64,000 nucleotides of DNA from a virus (lineage: Duplodnaviria; Heunggongvirae; Uroviricota; Caudoviricetes). The notes under the pieces were generated by a model. It saw only the letters and a list, made by a program, of their open reading frames with translations. It was not told where the DNA came from and ran no database searches. Location: IMG/VR virus record IMGVR_UViG_3300036860_000563, positions 1 to 64,000 of that record. The stretch is one strand, 5' to 3'. Both the position numbers and the translations under genes were made by a program. Below are positions 17,453 to 27,700 of the stretch, one piece after another. Every line of letters begins with the position of its first letter. The first letter of the stretch is position 1.

Positions 17453-17866
17453 TTGATATCAAGAGTTAATGATAACGAAAGTGGTGTTGTACCGGCACCT
17501 ATCACCGGCCTGGACGGCATCCGGTGGGCACTCATGCCGACGAAGTACGCGGAGGCGACACTACGGTCATTCGGGCAGCTAGATCACGTAAATGAGTTCA
17601 TCGAGTGGCTCCGGGACCGCGACGTGCTCCAGGTCGTGGACATGTCCCAGATGCCGGTGTCACACTGCACCAAGGCGACGGAGCTGCACGAGTGGTACGC
17701 GCTCTGGGTTAAGAAGCACGGTGATAAGCAGGACAGGGCCGAGGCGCTCAACCTACGAGACTTCTGTGCGGCGCTACGCGACCGCGGCTGGGTGTCGCGG
17801 CAGAGCGCGGGGACGCGCTGGGTAGGAACTCGGCTCACGCAGGTCCCGGGAATCTGGTCACTTTAA
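17453..17866 (+). CDS. hypothetical protein
   Basis: TTG-start ORF (alternative ATG at 17534). Confidence 0.4.
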   Translation: MISRVNDNESGVVPAPITGLDGIRWALMPTKYAEATLRSFGQLDHVNEFIEWLRDRDVLQVVDMSQMPVSHCTKATELHEWYALWVKKHGDKQDRAEALNLRDFCAALRDRGWVSRQSAGTRWVGTRLTQVPGIWSL

Positions 17867-18314
17867 GTCACCCCACTGACCAGCGACGAGTAATGATTCA
17901 GTAATACTGGTTGGGTAAACTGGGTGCCAAATGAGAGTACAGATCACTGACATCACTATGTGATGGACTACTACTAGCTTAGTTTGTACTTAGTTTGTAC
18001 CTTATTGTAAGTAGAGAGTATAGGGGGATTTGGGGAGAGTTACCAGCTAGATGACTTGCCCGTGAACGATTGTAACCTTGTACCCACTAGTCGTGAAAGC
18101 TCGCGCGAGCGTCTGCGCGACGTGCGCGTCTGAGGAGGCTGGGGAAACTTTTCGGAGCCAGGTGCTTACAGGGTACAAAGTGGAGTTAATGACACAGAAT
18201 CACGTAGTTGAGGACCTCACGTCGCCCGGGCCTCTCAACACGGCGAGCACGACAGCCTAACGCACGAGTGCGTGAACTTTGTGGAATTAGCACACATGTG
18301 AAGAACTGTCGCCC

Positions 18315-19280
18315 GTGCCCGGTGCACGTAGTATGATTGTGTTTGTGCCACAGGTTACGCGGAGACACGTCGAGGAGGGTGTCGTCGGGGCGGAGCGAGC
18401 CGCGACGCTGAGCGACGCGCAGCGACGCGGCCTGCGCCACGCGACGAACCGCTGGGCGACCGGTCCCCGTGAACTGGCGCTCGGGGCCGTGCTCTCACGG
18501 CTGGGCACACCGCGAAAGCTGCGAGGCATGGGCCTAGGTCACGGTGGTCTCGTCCGCTGGGTCACGGACCCGGACGGAGCTCGCTGGCCCGCGTTCACGG
18601 TCGCCGAGCTGATGGCGAACGGGATCAAGGGACCGCGTTGTCCGGAGCGACGCCGCCGGGCCCGGGGAACACCGTGGTGTCACAACCTGGCGGGTGCGCG
18701 AACGGATCACCTGGGAGTGGGGCGTTGTCGTTCGCACAGTGGCAACCGGTCGAGCATGAGGGCGGAAGGTGCCTGGGTCATGTCACACGCGTTCTCTCAA
18801 GAATTCAACTGCTCTCCCTGGGAGGGACTTCTCTGGGCGGTCCGCGTCGCCGCCGGGAAGCTCGCGTACTGCGAGCGGGTGATCGGCACGGCGACGTCGG
18901 ACCTCCAGCTGGAGGGCCGGCTCGCTCGTAACGAGGCGGGTGTCCAGGTGGATCCCGACACGGGCGAGCCGCTGGGCGTCGGTGGCCTGCGTGACCTGTC
19001 GTTCTGGGTCGCGAAGTCCGAGCTGTGGCACGAGCGACTCGCGCGAGTGAGCAAGCTCGCGGTGGACGCGGGTGTGGCCGAGCGCGTCGTCGAGGCGCAG
19101 ATCCTGCAGGTGCAGCTCATGACGCGACCCGTCGAGGCGGCACTCGCCGCGCTGGATCTTACGGTCGAGCAGGAGAGTGTCGCGCGTCACGCGCTTCGAA
19201 CGGAGCTGCTGGCGATCGAGGCCGAGCGCGTGGGAGTCATCGTCGGGTCGTCGCCGGACGAGTGGAGTGAGACGTCGTGA
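18315..19280 (+). CDS. hypothetical protein with a Cys/His cluster
   Basis: High GC3 across the ORF. PRCPERRRRARGTPWCHNLAGARTDHLGVGRCRSH. Preceded by a 450-bp low-GC non-coding stretch containing the TTAGTTTGTAC x2 direct repeat. Confidence 0.4.
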   Translation: MPGARSMIVFVPQVTRRHVEEGVVGAERAATLSDAQRRGLRHATNRWATGPRELALGAVLSRLGTPRKLRGMGLGHGGLVRWVTDPDGARWPAFTVAELMANGIKGPRCPERRRRARGTPWCHNLAGARTDHLGVGRCRSHSGNRSSMRAEGAWVMSHAFSQEFNCSPWEGLLWAVRVAAGKLAYCERVIGTATSDLQLEGRLARNEAGVQVDPDTGEPLGVGGLRDLSFWVAKSELWHERLARVSKLAVDAGVAERVVEAQILQVQLMTRPVEAALAALDLTVEQESVARHALRTELLAIEAERVGVIVGSSPDEWSETS

Positions 19281-19537
19281 CCGCCGGCGCCCGCTCGAGG
19301 CACGCCGGCCGGCCCGCCAACTCACCCTCGACCGCCGTAGGGCCGGCCCTAGCCTCCTGGAGCGGCCTCGGTGGCGTAGCATGCTAAAACCTGTCGGTGG
19401 CGGCGGGTCGCTCGACTAGCTGGGTGGTAGCGCCGTCGATAAGATCTTGATCGGTGGTGTACATTCGTCACACTCGCTGGTATAGTAAGAGGTAGCGGAA
19501 GTGACGGTAGGAGTGATCGAACGACGCAGGAGGACGA

Positions 19538-20512
19538 GTGGTCAGGGTTGATGAGATCTTAGAGCTGCAGGCGGACCTCCACGCTTGGCTGGGTGATGAG
19601 ACGTTCCGCTCGGTCATTGAGAAGATCATGCAGCAGCGCACCCGGCTGAGCGACCGGGGGCTGCGGAACCTCTCACAGGCCGTGAGACGTCACGCGCGCG
19701 ACGGCTACGCGTACCACGTGGCGCCGGGCATGTCACCACTGGTCGAGACCGCGGCGGCGACGCTACCGGGCACCACGACGTTTCGACTCAACATGTGTCC
19801 CACGCTCGCGGGGGTCGTCCGGTTCGTAGAACCACTGCCGATCACGGACGTCCGGGGCAACGTCATGCTCGTGCACCTCATGACGTGGGGACCGGCCGGG
19901 GTGCGTCGTAGTGGTGACAGTGGTGAGCAGCCGGGGGTGCTCATCTCACTCTGGAACGACCTCAACGCGCTGCCGGACCACTACGGTCGTGAGATCTTAA
20001 CCCAGTACGGTAAGCGGGTGAGGCAGGTGTTGGGCCGGTGGTCGTTCATCGGGTGTGAGATACTCTACGAGGGCTTGCGCGTCGGACCGTGGCTCATCAC
20101 ACCCGGTCGTGACTCACTTCCGGCCCACCTCGCGGGAGAACTACGACCGTTCACCAACGTGCTGCGGTACTTCGCGGCACTGCTCGAGCTGCTCGACCAG
20201 ACCATCGTGATGACACGCACCGAGCGAGCGAACGTACACACGCGCCGCGTTCTCCGTGAGCGTAAGCTACGAGACGTCGCGGCGCGTGACGTCACCGTCA
20301 TCACACTACGTCGCGCGTACGACGAGCTGGGCACGCATCACAGCGGTGGCCGTGAGTACTCGTGCCGCTGGTTAGTCCGGGGCTTCTGGCGTGATCAGCG
20401 GGTTGGCCCAGGTCGCGCGGAGGTAAGACGCACGTGGGTCACCGGTCACGTCAAGGGACCCGCCGACCAACCGTTCCGCGTTCTCAAGAAGATCTACAAG
20501 CTGAGTCGGTAG
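19538..20512 (+). CDS. hypothetical protein
   Basis: GTG start with AGGAGG upstream. 324 aa. Confidence 0.55.
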   Translation: MVRVDEILELQADLHAWLGDETFRSVIEKIMQQRTRLSDRGLRNLSQAVRRHARDGYAYHVAPGMSPLVETAAATLPGTTTFRLNMCPTLAGVVRFVEPLPITDVRGNVMLVHLMTWGPAGVRRSGDSGEQPGVLISLWNDLNALPDHYGREILTQYGKRVRQVLGRWSFIGCEILYEGLRVGPWLITPGRDSLPAHLAGELRPFTNVLRYFAALLELLDQTIVMTRTERANVHTRRVLRERKLRDVAARDVTVITLRRAYDELGTHHSGGREYSCRWLVRGFWRDQRVGPGRAEVRRTWVTGHVKGPADQPFRVLKKIYKLSR

Positions 20513-20598
20513 GAGTGCGTTGTCGACGGTTCGTTCGGCAGCACCGAGCGACCGTTGCGGGCGCTCAGACGGAGCTGGAGCGGTCGTAGTGGCTCGGT

Positions 20599-20916
20599 GT
20601 GTTGCAAACCGTCGGTGACGACTCGTCAACCCACCGACTGGGTGAGAGGGAGGATGATGTGAGGGCACACGGTCGCGTGTCGACGTACACCAACGGGGGT
20701 TGTCGCTGCCTCGCCTGCACCGAAGCGAACACCGCTCGCGTTCGACGAGCCCAGCTTAAGCGCGCCGAGCGGCTCATCGTGAATCCTCAACTCGTTGTTC
20801 ACGGCCGTGCGTCGACGTACACCAACTGGGGTTGTCGTTGTAGACCGTGCACCGATGCGAACACCGCTTCGAGCCTAGTTTATAAGCGTAGTCGACGAGC
20901 TGCGGCCGGTGCGTGA
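20599..20916 (+). CDS. small protein with tandemly duplicated HGR(V/A)STYTN(G/W)GCRCxxCT(E/D)ANTA motif (putative zinc/DNA-binding)
   Basis: Two roughly 22-aa copies are visible in the translation. Confidence 0.45.
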   Translation: MLQTVGDDSSTHRLGEREDDVRAHGRVSTYTNGGCRCLACTEANTARVRRAQLKRAERLIVNPQLVVHGRASTYTNWGCRCRPCTDANTASSLVYKRSRRAAAGA

Positions 20917-20935
20917 CGAGAACGATGGGAGTAAC

Positions 20936-21391
20936 GTGAGGTACGTCGAGGCGCCTCATCCACTGTACGACGTGCGCGAGCGAGCGCTGTTTCTCGCCGG
21001 TGGCATCACCAACTGTGTTGACTGGCAGAGTGACGTGGTGACGTGGCTGCGCGACCAGCGCATCACAGTGCTGAACCCACGGCGGCCGAACTTCGACGTC
21101 GGGAACCGGGCCGCGGCGTACGCCCAGGTTGCGTGGGAGCATCGTCACCTGCGACTCGCCGACGTCATCCTGTTCTGGTTCCCGGCGTCGGGCGACGTCG
21201 CGCAGCCGATCGCGCTCTACGAGCTCGGCTACTGGGTTAACTCCAGTAAGCAACTCGCGGTGGGAGCGCACCCGGACTACGTGCGACGATACGACGTAGA
21301 GCTGCAAGTTAAGCTCACGCGGCCGGCGCAGGTGATTCACGGTGACCTCATGAACACGGTGGCGGACGCCGTCGAGCTGCTAAAGTGGTGA
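20936..21391 (+). CDS. nucleoside 2-deoxyribosyltransferase / DNPH1(Rcl)-like enzyme
   Basis: ALFLAGGITNCVDWQ and IALYELGYWVNSSKQLAV fit the family's YLAG and E.G.A...K motifs. GGGAG RBS before GTG 20936 (the ORF opens at 20909). Confidence 0.55.
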   Translation: MRYVEAPHPLYDVRERALFLAGGITNCVDWQSDVVTWLRDQRITVLNPRRPNFDVGNRAAAYAQVAWEHRHLRLADVILFWFPASGDVAQPIALYELGYWVNSSKQLAVGAHPDYVRRYDVELQVKLTRPAQVIHGDLMNTVADAVELLKW

Positions 21392-21576
21392 TAAAGAGCG
21401 TGAGAGCGGAGCCGGTACGCTGTGAGGCGTGTCACCGCGTGAACGTCTCGTGTGAGAAGAAGCTCGTCAATGGTAACATGATGTGGTTGTGCCGAGACGC
21501 GCGTGACTGCCGGGTTCACTGGACGGCTCTACGTGTTGCGCCGCGCGGCTCTCGACGAGATCGGAACCGCGGGTGA
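21385..21576 (+). CDS. zinc-ribbon small protein
   Basis: CEACHRVNVSC...C...C. GTGA overlap. Confidence 0.4.
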   Translation: MVIKSVRAEPVRCEACHRVNVSCEKKLVNGNMMWLCRDARDCRVHWTALRVAPRGSRRDRNRG

Positions 21577-21773
21577 GTAGCCCATGCCCGTTCTGCGATC
21601 GGGATTGCGAGGCCTGTGGCTACCCCATCGACGGGGGATGGGAGCACGAGACTCGCCACTTCACCAACGTACTCACCTGCACAGTTCGACGCGTTACCCG
21701 CCCGCTAGTCGAGATCGTCCCGCTCTTCTTCGCACACGCCCAACACCGCTCGACCAAGGAGACTGCTGAATGA
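21573..21773 (+). CDS. zinc-ribbon small protein
   Basis: CPFCDRDCEAC. GTGA overlap. Confidence 0.4.
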   Translation: MSSPCPFCDRDCEACGYPIDGGWEHETRHFTNVLTCTVRRVTRPLVEIVPLFFAHAQHRSTKETAE

Positions 21774-22069
21774 CCGAGGATCACCAAGATTATCTTCAGG
21801 TAACGACGAGTGATCGTGGCCTCGACCAGCTCCCGCCGATCCTCGGCTCGTACGGTGATCGGTTGACCGGTAGCTCGGTGAGGGTGTACGAGTCGAGTTC
21901 GGCGCGGGGGCCGCACGTCTGGCTGTGTGCCGAGGCGCCGGTGGACCTGAACAGGCCGGACGGGCTAAAGGTGGAGGCGTCGGTTCATCTCACGGAGGAG
22001 AACGCCTGGCACCTCGCCGAACAGATCATGTACCTGGTGCGCAACCACTACCAAAGGGACGGCCCGTAA
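21770..22069 (+). CDS. hypothetical protein
   Basis: AAGGAG RBS. ATGA overlap. Confidence 0.5.
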   Translation: MTEDHQDYLQVTTSDRGLDQLPPILGSYGDRLTGSSVRVYESSSARGPHVWLCAEAPVDLNRPDGLKVEASVHLTEENAWHLAEQIMYLVRNHYQRDGP

Positions 22070-22455
22070 TGCGAGCACGGCGTGCCCAGCGGCGCTGGCA
22101 GCTACCCGACATCAGGGGAACCGCTTTGTTCGCTGTGCTGAGCGCGAGCACGTGTTGCGTCTTGATCACCCGATCTCGAGGAGTCGACTCAGCCGTGATC
22201 AGCATTGAACCCACACTGTGCGTGATCGACGCCACCCTGTCCGCGGTGCAGCCCGAGCGTCTGCCCTTCGGCATGTGCGTCTACCCCGACACCCCGCGTG
22301 CCCGGCGTACGCCGCCGGCTGGTCGACCACCGCGTCCCGGTGATCTCGACCCGGCGTACGGCGAGGCGCTCGCCGCGAGACTTGCCCGTGTGGTTGATCG
22401 GCTGGCCGCCGAGTGGTGCCCTCGCCGCGACCGCAGCGATGGCCGTCATGGCTGA
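22068..22455 (+). CDS. hypothetical protein
   Basis: TAATG overlap with the previous gene. The ORF table shows the longer 21925 frame opening inside the upstream gene. Confidence 0.4.
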
Positions 22456-22603
22456 CCGCGCGCGTTGTTCGGAGTGCTCAGGCGAGTTCGTCCTGAAGAA
22501 GGACGGCACCCCGCGCTGGCACAACGGCGACACCTTTGTGAACGGCTGGCGGCAGACGTGCACGGGCGTCGGGAAGCCGCCCGCGTTAATCGAGAAGGAG
22601 TGA
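22449..22603 (+). CDS. small zinc-ribbon protein (CSECSGEF...C)
   Basis: ATGGCTGA start/stop overlap. Confidence 0.35.
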
Positions 22604-22608
22604 AAACG

Positions 22609-22800
22609 TTGAGAGTTACCACGGTGACGCTGGCCGCGATCGCCAAGAAGGTGAGCGAGCTGGAGCGTGTCGGCGCCGACGTTCCGGAGCTACGGGTTCA
22701 CGGCTACCGGGTCACACTGGAGCGGCAGGACAGTCAGCGGGACGGTCTGATCATCTGGATCACCGGCATCGAACCACTGAGCACCCAACCAGCGTCGTGA
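22609..22800 (+). CDS. hypothetical small protein
   Basis: TTG start with AAGGAG 8 nt upstream. Confidence 0.35.
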   Translation: MRVTTVTLAAIAKKVSELERVGADVPELRVHGYRVTLERQDSQRDGLIIWITGIEPLSTQPAS

Positions 22801-23285
22801 CCGACTTTTCCGACGCTGACATTGGCCGACTGGCGAGCGTGTTGCACGCCGACATGTGTGGCTGGAACTGCCCGGGTCATGGCGCTATGCAGCCGATTCA
22901 GGACGCCACGTACCGCTCGGCCGCCACCGCCGCGCTGCGACACCTCGCTAAGACCGGCCGGCTCGTTCCAGAGGGCGCGGAGACCCTACGTCAAGTGGAT
23001 CACGGCGGTGCTGACCAAAAGGTGACTGTAACTGGCCAACCGCGTCTTGGCGACAGGGTACGGGTTCGGTGTGGTGCGACTGGCCGCTACCTCACCAACG
23101 GACTGGCGTTGTACGTCTCCGTGCAGGACAACGAGCTCGGCATTGATGAGATCAACTCTGACGGAGTGGCGCCACACCCGACGTTGTCGGTGCCGACCGA
23201 CGACGAACTACGTGGTGCGCTCGCCGGGTTGATCACTATGAACGTAAGACGTGAGAGTTCATCGAGGAGGCGACGTGAAGATTGA
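22797..23285 (+). CDS. hypothetical protein
   Basis: GTGA overlap at the start. Confidence 0.4.
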   Translation: MTDFSDADIGRLASVLHADMCGWNCPGHGAMQPIQDATYRSAATAALRHLAKTGRLVPEGAETLRQVDHGGADQKVTVTGQPRLGDRVRVRCGATGRYLTNGLALYVSVQDNELGIDEINSDGVAPHPTLSVPTDDELRGALAGLITMNVRRESSSRRRRED

Positions 23286-23868
23286 ACTCACCACCGTCGG
23301 CCCAACGCTTCATCGAGGAGGCGACGTGAAGATTGAAGATATGACGTGGTCAAGGTCAAGTGAACTTATGTTATCACCGTCGACGCTCCACGCCGTGCAG
23401 GTTGAGGCGATGCGCGCGCACTTGAAGCACGGTGATCGATCGTTGCTCAACCCGACGATGCTGGCGGTCGAGAAGCTGGCCGCACTCGTCGAGGAGGTCG
23501 GCGAGGTGGGTCGCGCGCTGACCTATGACCAGGACCACTCCGAGGGACTGATCAGGGAGCTGATCCAGGTGGCTAGCGTCGCACTGTCCTGGGTTGAGTC
23601 ACTCACGGTGACGCTCGCTCGCGGAGAGCTGGCCGAGAGCGACGTGAGCACGTCACCGGCCGTGGCCGTAGCGGGTGACCGGCCGGTCGCGGGCGACGGT
23701 CACACCTACTCTTCCGCGGACGGGGTGGACATCACACGTCCCACGGTGTGTCCCTGCGGTCACTCAACGATCGATCACATCGGTACTCGGACCGGCGCCC
23801 AGGTGCGGACGGTGTGTGCGATCAGTGGATGTGAGTGCTTCGGTACCTCGTGGCACTCCGACCGGTGA
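23275..23868 (+). CDS. MazG-like nucleoside triphosphate pyrophosphohydrolase (all-alpha NTP-PPase)
   Basis: LAVEKLAALVEEVGEVGRAL...EGLIRELIQVASVALSWV fits the MazG helical EExxE core. Two possible GTG starts (23275, 23326), each inside a 29-bp exact direct repeat carrying a GAGGAGG RBS. C-terminal Cys/His cluster CPCGHSTIDH...CAISGCEC. Confidence 0.6.
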   Translation: MKIELTTVGPTLHRGGDVKIEDMTWSRSSELMLSPSTLHAVQVEAMRAHLKHGDRSLLNPTMLAVEKLAALVEEVGEVGRALTYDQDHSEGLIRELIQVASVALSWVESLTVTLARGELAESDVSTSPAVAVAGDRPVAGDGHTYSSADGVDITRPTVCPCGHSTIDHIGTRTGAQVRTVCAISGCECFGTSWHSDR

Positions 23869-23952
23869 AGCGTCTAGAGTTGTGTTGTGAACAGAAGAGC
23901 GTTGCTCAGTGGCGTGTTTACGGCCGTTACGTCACCGTTGATCGGAGGAGAT

Positions 23953-24609
23953 GTGGGACAACCTACCGCGCTGCCGTCGGTCGCGCAGGACACGTCACTC
24001 GTGGGCGTCAACGAGACCGCCGAGAACGCGGCGGTCCTGCGCGTGGGACGAGTGACTGGGTACACGGGTGGTGTCATCACCGTTGCGATCTCGGGTTCGG
24101 ACGTGCTCGCCAACGCGGCGTACCTGACCCGGTACAACCCAACGGTAGGTGATCTCGTCGTGGTGTTGAGGTCGGGAGCGTCGTGGGTGGTGCTGGACAG
24201 CTTTGCCACAACGCCCGGGCGGTTCGTGCCCGTGTCAGGCACCGTAGCGACGTACGAGAGCACGGCGTCGGTGTCGTTCACCAACCTCACCACCGTCGGC
24301 CCAACGCTGTCCGACGTGGTGATCGGATCGTCGGGTCGTCTCCTACTGTTCATCTCTGCACTCATCAACATCATCGGTGCGAGTGATGGGCAGATGGGGG
24401 TGGACATCACCGGTGCCACCGTGTTGCCGGCGACGTTCCAGCGGGTGTTCGGGTTCGCCGGTCCGGCGGGATCGGGAGTCGAGGGCACGCGACTGCACCT
24501 GCTCGAGGGGCTCAACCCCGGCCCCACGACGTTCGTCGCAAAGTACGCCTCACTGTCGGGAGTCAGCGTCGACTTCGCACGACGTAACCTCACCGCCGTC
24601 GTCTTGTGA
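23953..24609 (+). CDS. Gly/Thr/Val-rich hypothetical protein
   Basis: AGGAGG RBS before GTG 23953. The ORF opens at 23887 with an RRALL stretch that is probably not translated. Confidence 0.4.
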   Translation: MGQPTALPSVAQDTSLVGVNETAENAAVLRVGRVTGYTGGVITVAISGSDVLANAAYLTRYNPTVGDLVVVLRSGASWVVLDSFATTPGRFVPVSGTVATYESTASVSFTNLTTVGPTLSDVVIGSSGRLLLFISALINIIGASDGQMGVDITGATVLPATFQRVFGFAGPAGSGVEGTRLHLLEGLNPGPTTFVAKYASLSGVSVDFARRNLTAVVL

Positions 24610-24732
24610 GAGAAAAAGTGAGTGATGATCGTCGTATGGCCAACATAAAGTATGATATAGTTATGATGTAGTAACGCTAAGACGTAAGTGATCTAAGCGA
24701 GAGGTGAGAGTGATGCGACGAGAAGGTGCGTC

Positions 24733-25860
24733 ATGGTGATGACGACACTCGCTGACGTTCTCGATCCGCACGCGCTTCGGCGCGCGCTGACGAGTGGACA
24801 CGTCCGCGCCCAAGCTCACCCCGAGCTACCCTACACGATCTTGAACTACACCGAGCGAGCGGCGTATGACGTCGCCTGGAATGACGTCACGTTGTCGTGT
24901 CGTGGTCTGATCTACGATCACAGCACGGACGTGGTGCTCGCGCGACCGTTTCGGAAGTTCTTCAACTACGGACAGCTCTTCAGCCACGGACAGTCTAGCG
25001 GACCGATCCTCGACCTCGACTCCGCGGCGGTGGTCACGGACAAGGCGGACGGTAGCCTGGGCATCTTATACCCAACACCGGACGACTGGGCGATCGCGAC
25101 CCGTGGTTCGTTCACGAGCGACCAGGCGGTGCACGCCACCGAGGTCCTGCGGTCACGGTACGCCACGTTCGAACCGCCGCCCGGGCTGACCGTCCTGGTG
25201 GAGATCGTGTACCCGGGCAACCGGATCGTGCTGAACTACGGCGACCTGGACGACCTGATCCTGCTCGGCGCGGTGGACATCGCCACAGGTCGCTCATTCG
25301 ATCCTGGCGTCTTGATGGGTTGGCCCGGACCGGTAACCGAGGTCTTCTCCTACGCCACCCTGGCACAAGCGCTGGTGGCTCCGCCACGACCGAACGCGGA
25401 GGGGCTCGTGGTGCACCTATCCCACAGTGATAACCGGGTGAAGTTTAAGCAGGAGGACTACGTCGCGCTACACCGCATCGTCACCGGGCTCAACGCTCGC
25501 ACGGTGTGGCGGCACGTCGTCAGTGGTGAGCCGCTCGGTGAACTAATCACTCCGCTGCCCGACGAGTTTCACCCGTGGGTGCGCGCTGTCACCGCCGAGC
25601 TCACCGCTCGCGTCGAGCGACAGCGCGCCGAGCTGGTGCGGGCGTACGACGACGTGCTGTGGGAGCTGTCGCAGCTGACGAAGACGGCAGAGGACTGGAC
25701 GCGTAAGGACTTCGCGCTCCACGTAGCGTCCCACCCTCACCGCTGGGCGATGTTTATGCTACTAGATCGGCGTGACATCTGCCCAACACTGTGGCAGCGC
25801 GCTCAACCCGAGGCGTCGTGGACGCCGTCCGGACGCACCTACTCGGAGGACACAGCGTGA
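24733..25860 (+). CDS. ATP-dependent RNA ligase
   Basis: Nucleotidyltransferase motif I VVTDKADGSLGIL (KxDG), motif IV EGLVVH, motif V RVKFKQ. GAGAAGG RBS. Confidence 0.65.
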   Translation: MVMTTLADVLDPHALRRALTSGHVRAQAHPELPYTILNYTERAAYDVAWNDVTLSCRGLIYDHSTDVVLARPFRKFFNYGQLFSHGQSSGPILDLDSAAVVTDKADGSLGILYPTPDDWAIATRGSFTSDQAVHATEVLRSRYATFEPPPGLTVLVEIVYPGNRIVLNYGDLDDLILLGAVDIATGRSFDPGVLMGWPGPVTEVFSYATLAQALVAPPRPNAEGLVVHLSHSDNRVKFKQEDYVALHRIVTGLNARTVWRHVVSGEPLGELITPLPDEFHPWVRAVTAELTARVERQRAELVRAYDDVLWELSQLTKTAEDWTRKDFALHVASHPHRWAMFMLLDRRDICPTLWQRAQPEASWTPSGRTYSEDTA

Positions 25861-25918
25861 ACATGTTCTTCTTCATCGGCTTTGTGGTGGGACTACCGGT
25901 CTTCTACGTGATCGCTCG

Positions 25919-27055
25919 ATGGATCATGAGACGATGATGGACCTGTCGGGTGCGAGTCTTCAGGTGCTGCTCACCGTACACACGAACCTGCGCAACGGCC
26001 TGAGTCGCGTCGCTGAGACGCTGGACGACGGCACGTTTCACGTCGTTGGAGCGCACGGTGAGGCGTCACCGGCCCAGTTTGGTCAGCTCATTCTCATCCT
26101 ACTCAGAGAGATCAACGCCGAGCTCTATCGGAGAACGGAAGCCCTCATGCCGACGCTGACGATCACCCGCGGCCTGCCCGCCTGCGGCAAGACGACCTGG
26201 GCTCGGGCCTGGGTGGCGCGTGACCCGACCCACCGGGCCAGGGTGAACCGGGACGACCTGCGCGCCATGGTCCACGACGGGGTGTGGCTCGGGCAGGACA
26301 CCGAGAAGCAGATCGTCGCCGGCCGCGACGCCACGATCCGGGCACTGCTACGGCGCGGGGTCGACGTGGTGTGCGACGACACCAACCTGCCGCAGCGAAC
26401 CGCCCGGGACCTGCGCCGCCTCGCCGTTGTGGCCGGTGCCGAGTTCCTGGTGGTTGACTTGAGCGACGTGCCGGTCGGCGAGTGCGTGCGCCGCGACGCC
26501 GTCCGTGACCGGCCGGTCGGCGAGTCGGTGATCCGGGACATGTGGAACCGGCACGTGCGTGGCCGGCCGCGTCCGCTGCCGCTCGCCGACGAGCCGCAGG
26601 ACGGGGGCGACCAGCCGGTGCCCTACGTTCCGCCGCCGGGCGCACCCAGCGCGGTGCTCGTCGACGTCGACGGCACAGTGGCGCTGATGGCCGCCCGGTC
26701 GCCGTACGACGAGACGCGCGTGCGCGAGGATCGTCCCAACCTGCCGGTGATCGCTGTGGTGAACGCACTCTACGACGCCGGCCACGCCGTGGTGTTCTGC
26801 TCGGGCCGCACCGAGGGCTGCCGCGTCGAGACCGAACGCTGGCTCTGTGAGCACGTGATGGCGCCGGTCACCGCTCTTCACATGCGCGCCGTTGGCGACA
26901 CTCGCAGAGACGCGATCGTGAAGCTGGAGCTGTTCGACCGCCACATCCGCGACGCGTACCGCGTGGTGTGCGTCCTCGACGACCGCGACCAGGTCGTAGA
27001 GATGTGGCGTGCGCTGGGCCTGACGGCGCTGCAGGTGGCACCCGGCGACTTCTAG
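25919..27055 (+). CDS. polynucleotide kinase-phosphatase (P-loop kinase + DxDxT phosphatase)
   Basis: TRGLPACGKTTWA (P-loop); VLVDVDGTVA (DxDGT); VCVLDDRDQVV (HAD motif IV). The catalytic core probably starts at ATG 26147. 25919..26146 is in the same frame with no stop, so the N-terminal limit is uncertain. Confidence 0.7.
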   Translation: MDHETMMDLSGASLQVLLTVHTNLRNGLSRVAETLDDGTFHVVGAHGEASPAQFGQLILILLREINAELYRRTEALMPTLTITRGLPACGKTTWARAWVARDPTHRARVNRDDLRAMVHDGVWLGQDTEKQIVAGRDATIRALLRRGVDVVCDDTNLPQRTARDLRRLAVVAGAEFLVVDLSDVPVGECVRRDAVRDRPVGESVIRDMWNRHVRGRPRPLPLADEPQDGGDQPVPYVPPPGAPSAVLVDVDGTVALMAARSPYDETRVREDRPNLPVIAVVNALYDAGHAVVFCSGRTEGCRVETERWLCEHVMAPVTALHMRAVGDTRRDAIVKLELFDRHIRDAYRVVCVLDDRDQVVEMWRALGLTALQVAPGDF

Positions 27056-27062
27056 GAGACGT

Positions 27063-27434
<372 letters not shown>

Positions 27435-27634
27435 GTGAAGAACGTGAGTGACGAGATGAAGGTGCTCGTGGGGTTGGTGCTGATCGTCGTAGCGGCCGTG
27501 AGCCTGTGGTGGGTGTTCACACACGTGGCGGCCGGACCGGCGCTTCCACCCACCCCGCGCGTGACGTCATCGCAGTGATGACGTCGATAACGTTAATGAT
27601 GATCTTGTTTCTCTACGAGCAATTCACCTCTTCT

Positions 27635-27643
27635 TGGTAGAAT
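27635..27643 (+). promoter_or_regulatory. extended -10-like promoter element TGGTAGAAT
   Basis: TGn + TAGAAT, about 60 nt upstream of the NADAR gene. Shares GGTAGAATC with the element at 33218. Followed by a (GAGAAGAG)4 repeat. Confidence 0.3.
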
Positions 27644-27700
27644 CGTAGCAGAGCGAGTGAAGAGGAGAAGAGGAGAAGAGGAGAAGAGGTGAGTGATGTG

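Noticed and set aside
23887-23952. Twin-arginine (RRALL) signal peptide at the N-terminus of ORF 23887
   Set aside because: A strong AGGAGG-GTG start at 23953 lies downstream of the RRALL stretch, so the Tat-like sequence is probably untranslated upstream sequence.
25772-25918. ORF-table start of Pnkp at 25772, overlapping the last 90 nt of the RNA ligase
   Set aside because: The upstream extension is Arg-rich and overlaps Rnl. In-frame ATGs at 25919 and 26147 are more plausible. The P-loop begins only at about 26170.
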